Part shown: piece after piece, positions 59,773 through 64,000 of the stretch
Position numbering within the stretch: position 1 is the first letter of the stretch
Layout: every line of letters begins with the position of its first letter
NCBI GenBank assembly: GCA_951406725.2
Contig: OX597831.1
Coordinates: 13,640,001 to 13,704,000 of the forward strand
Length of the DNA stretch: 64,000 nt
Reading direction: 5' to 3'
Source of the DNA: Octopus vulgaris
Lineage: Eukaryota
Made by a program: the position numbers and the translations under genes
Notes under the pieces: model-generated
The model's database searches: none
Told to the model about the DNA's origin: nothing
What the model saw: only the letters and a program-made list of their open reading frames with translations

Positions 59773-60121
59773 ATGTACGTATGTATGTATGTATGTATGT
59801 ATGTATGTATGTATGTATGTATGTATGTATGTATGTATGTGTGTGTGTGTATGTATGTATGTATGTACGTACGTACGTACGTACGTACGTATGTATGTAT
59901 GTATGTATGTATGTATGTATATATGCACATATGTATGTATGTATGTATGTATGTATGCATGTATATATGTATGTATGTATGTATGTATGTGTGTGTGTAT
60001 GTATGTATGTATGTATATATGCACATATGTATGTATGTCTGTATGCATGTATGTATGTATGTATGTACGTACGTATGTATGTATGTATGTATGTATGTAT
60101 ATATGCACATATGTATGTATG

Positions 60122-60155
<34 letters not shown>

Positions 60156-60390
60156 TGTATGTATGTGTGTGTGTGTATGTATGTATGTATGTATGTATGT
60201 ATATATGCACATATGTATGTATGTATGTATGCATGTATGTATGTATGTATGTATGTATGTATGTGTGTGTGTGTATATATGTATGTATGTATGTATGTAT
60301 ATATGCACATATGTATGTATGTATGTATGTATGCATGTATGTATGTATGTATGTATGTATGTATGTATGTATGTGTGTGTGTATGTATAT
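59773..60390 (+). repeat. Complex (TATG)n microsatellite
   Basis: Directly visible. Confidence 0.97.
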
Positions 60391-60393
60391 GTA

Positions 60394-60702
60394 AAGGCGC
60401 GAGGCTTAGTGGTTAGTTCACTCGTCTCACGATCTTAAGGACATGATTTCGATTCCCGACTGTGCATTGTGTCCTTGAGTAAGCTCCAGTCCACTCAGCC
60501 AACAAAAACGAGTGGTCCCTGTATTTGGAAGGGCCAGCATTGTCAGTTTTTATGTCTCTCTCACTGGGTTTTCCTGAGAACTACATTATGGATACGCGTA
60601 TCTCTGGAGTACTCAGCCGCTTGCATGTTAATTTCACGAGCGGGCTGATCCGTTGATCGGATCGACCAGAACCCATATCCTCGTAGCCAACAGAGTGCCA
60701 GA
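60394..60702 (+). mobile_element. tRNA-derived SINE sharing head and core with family D, different tail
   Basis: GGCTTAGTGGTTAG, TTTCGATTCC and GCTCCAGTCCACTCAGC shared with 46375-46622. Confidence 0.75.
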
Positions 60703-61279
60703 TGCGTGTATATATGTCCATGTATGTACATGTTTGTATATTGTTGAGGTCACAAGAATTTATAAACAGCTGCAGAACCCAGAAATAATTCCTTTGACGA
60801 AACTTGGATCATCAATTTCATTTATCCAATTCTTACACGCTCTTATGTGTTTCAAGTCTCAACAAGAAATACATAAGCAAAATTGCTAGTTTTAAAATCT
60901 CAAGAGAAAACTGAGTGGTAACGCATACTAAACAGTATAAGCGAGTTGCCACATCAAGCTGACAGTTGCAGGTTAATACTAGTTTAGCCCCAGGCAGATT
61001 CTCCACCAGGTGGTTTTTCTATGCAGAACGTTGCAACGAAAACCAGCTGGCGGAGATTCCGCTTGGGGTTAAACAAGTAGTAACATGCAACAGCCAGTTT
61101 GATGTGGCAACTCGCTGTGCGTGCGCGTGTGTGGATGTGTGTGGAGGGACTGTTTGTATATGTGTGTTTGTGTTTTTTGTCCGCACGGCTTTAAACCGGT
61201 GTTAGTTTGTTCGCGTTTCTGTAACTCTACGGTTTGACAATCCTCACAGGCAGTGCTTCAGCAAGCCGCAGTCCAATAT

Positions 61280-61605
61280 ATGTGTGTGTGTGAGTGTGTG
61301 TGTGTGTATATGTGTGTGCGTGAGTGCTTGCGTGTGCGTGTGTGCATGTGTGCATGTGCATGCGTATGTGAGTGTGTGTGTGTGTGTGTGCGTGTGGGCA
61401 TGTGTGTGTGTGTGCTGCGTATGTGAGTGTGTGTGTGTGTGCGTGTGGGCATGTGTGTGTGTGTGCTGCGTATGTGAGTGTGTGTGTGTGTGCGTGTGGG
61501 CATGTGTGTGTGTGTGCATGCGTATGTGAGTGTGTGTGTGTGTGTGTGTGCGTGTGGGCATGTGTGTGTGTGTGCTGCGTGCGTCATTGAGTGTGTCTGT
61601 GTGAG
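61280..61605 (+). repeat. (TG)-based array with higher-order units
   Basis: Recurrent GCGTATGTGAGTGTG..GCGTGTGGGCATG blocks. Confidence 0.93.
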
Positions 61606-61623
61606 TGTATGATTACGTATGAA

Positions 61624-61969
61624 CAGAGACGTGACAGAAGTAAATAGACAATCTATTTTATATCCCTCTGACCAACACAAATAACACAAGTCAATAAACC
61701 TCCCCATAAACAAATAACAACTAATAATACTATATAACTACCACCTAAAAAGATGGTTTTATCTTTGCTCTAACTTGTGAAGATTTATATCTCATATTAA
61801 TTGACATTTTTATACGTGACTGTTTAATCCTGCCATGTACAAAAGAAACCTTGGAATTGTCTGAATTTCAAAAAAGCCGTATTGTGGGTCATTCTGAATG
61901 TGGACTTCGCGTAAAATCGCAGAAAGCCTTGGGATCCCACTTTCTAAAGTTAATAGAGAGATTGTGTAA

Positions 61970-62029
<60 letters not shown>

Positions 62030-62695
62030 GCGGAGTGGCAACTAACATTTTGGAACACTGTCATATTCTCCAATAAATCAAGATTTGCTGTATTTTCTGA
62101 CAGTGTCAGATTCTGTGGTCGAGAATTTGACATGAAAAGATCGTAGCAAACAATGCAACATGGCACCTATTCTGTGATGGTCTGGGGAGAAATTTGTAGC
62201 AATGGTCAATCGGAACTGTGGAGTGTGAGGGAAACATAAACTCAGATAAATATGTACCCATAGTGCAGAAAGGACTCCAATGGTGAAATGATTAAAGAAG
62301 ACTATTTATGGACGATAGGGCTCTCTGTCATACGGCTAAAATGACCCAAAATTCATTGGATGCCAATGCCCAGTCTCTTTTACAAGCTTCCATAGTCAAG
62401 CAAGTCACAAGATATGAGTCCTATTGGTCACCTCTGGGACATAATGGACTGAAAACTTCATGAAAAGAACAAGAAAGCATCTCCAAAGCCAGATCTTTTG
62501 AGATTATTGGATGAAATTTGGCAAGAAATTCCTCAAGAGAAAAAGGATGCTTGCATTGAGAAATACGAAGGGCATGTCTACTAAATACTAGATAGTCAAA
62601 TTATAATAATTAATAAAGAATTTTAATGCATAATTTCAGATTTCAATAAATTTTAACGATTATAAACCTGTCTATTTACTTCTGACATGTCTGTG
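61624..62695 (+). mobile_element. Internally deleted Tc1-like (DD34E-type) transposon with both TIRs
   Basis: TIRs 61623-61650 and 62669-62696 (25/28 match); ELSEFQKSRIVG; SVMVWG; EGNINSDKY; MDDRALCHTAK; SQDMSPIGHLW. Confidence 0.88.
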
Positions 62696-62701
62696 TCTAT
62701 A

Positions 62702-63590
62702 TCAGGCTAAGTAAAAAGTAAGCAACTCTTTGAAACCTGAAATTCATCACGATATATTTCGTCAATGGAAGTACCATTACAATCAATACATTTTTGCCAC
62801 CCTGTTAAAAGCTGGGTTTTTTTCGGTAACATAAAAATCCTGGGTTCTGGAGCTGATGAACTCTTTGAATGCACTTTCATCATCGGTTTGATTTTTTGAA
62901 CTCATTTTCTCACAGGATATCATGAAGGTGATTGAAAAAGTGGTAGCCGGTAGGAGAGAGGTCTGGGGAATAAGCTGGGTGGGGAGGAACTTCGTAGTCA
63001 AGTTCCCTCAATGTCTGGAGCATTATTAGGGAAACGTGTGGTCGAGTATTGTTACGAAAAATGACTAGCTCTCTTCTGTTGACCAGTCTGGGACGGAGGA
63101 CTAGCGGTTTTTCGTTCATTTTGGCAATTTCATAGCAATATGTTTCTGAAGTAATGGTTTTTCCGGGTTCTAAGAAGTTATAGTGAATGAGTCCAGCAGT
63201 ACACCATCGAACAGCCATCATAAACTTTTTCTTGAAGCGCTCGGCTTTAAGGAAGGTTTTCGGTGCTTCATTTCGGTGCAACCACTGCGAAGAACGTTTT
63301 TTATTATTGTACAGAATTCACGTTTCATCGCAAGTTACAGTAGGGTCGAGAAATAGATCGGTTTCGTTACGGAGAAGAAACGACGAGCAAATTTCATATC
63401 TGCGCATTTTCTGATTTTCATTCAAATTGAGTGACACCCATTTGTCGAACTTTTATCAGTTTCCTATCACATGCAAATGGTTGCTGGCAGCTTTCTGGCT
63501 AACTTGAATTTCTTTTGCCAGTTCCCGAGTTGTTTTACGTAGATCTTTCTCAATGATGATCTTTAATTGACCAACATCGAAGACAGATGG
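62702..63590 (-). mobile_element. Mariner transposon relic (cecropia/SETMAR-like transposase)
   Basis: TA + TIR TCAGGCTAAGTAAAAAGTAAGC; VTCDET, WCTAGLIHYNFL, NNTRPHV, HPAYSPDLSPTGYHFF; catalytic Asp residues mutated. Confidence 0.92.
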
Positions 63591-64000
63591 GCGTCCATTA
63601 TGCTCACGAGCTCCAAGGCTCGGGTCTTAGTGTTCGTAAGACAACCCGTAGACTTAACATCAATCCCCCATTAGAAATAACATTACACAGTGCGTTGCAA
63701 GGATGTCTCCGCTCACTTAGATTGTCCGCTGATAATATGGGTTTCTATACAGTTTTCGTCCAATCAAATTCTTACATATTTCATGTTATGCAAGTACTTG
63801 ATGTCACTCCGTAGGCGTGAGCTCAAAAACGTCGTCGTTGTATATCGGACTTCTTAACCATTAAGACATACAGAACCTATACAGCCATATTCACAAATCA
63901 ATAACATGATACATACATAGATACAACATAAAAGAAGACACCGATGCAGTGATCAGGCAATAAACATGGACAGACTGTCATAAATGAGTATGTGTTGCGC

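Noticed and set aside
62910-63281. Host SETMAR-like gene
   Set aside because: Adjacent TIR, stops and mutated catalytic residues indicate a mariner relic; no SET domain is seen

Overview
AT-rich eukaryotic DNA dense in microsatellites. The SINE and repeat families look like those of an octopus (coleoid cephalopod) genome; this is inferred from pattern recognition, not from a search. I found no intact host gene. Nearly all ORFs in the track are microsatellite translations or decayed transposon remnants. Retroelements: several tRNA-derived SINE families, four 5'-truncated R4/Dong-like RLE LINEs associated with (TAA)n, Penelope-like (PLE) fragments with pseudo-LTRs, and a solo LTR with a 4-bp TSD. 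DNA elements: Tc1/mariner/pogo relics, MITEs and non-autonomous Helitrons. The most notable signal is a set of type I hammerhead-ribozyme (HHR) folds in PLE-type terminal repeats. One is a ~125-bp palindrome encoding an HHR on both strands (44147-44272). The other is a four-copy family of minimal HHRs with non-canonical cores (CUGU(U/A)GA, CCGACGA, CUAUUGA) and covarying helix I. Two of these lie in tandem with predicted cleavage sites exactly 200 nt apart, a retrozyme-like, potentially heterodimeric arrangement. Ribozyme activity is predicted only. Many boundaries are approximate.
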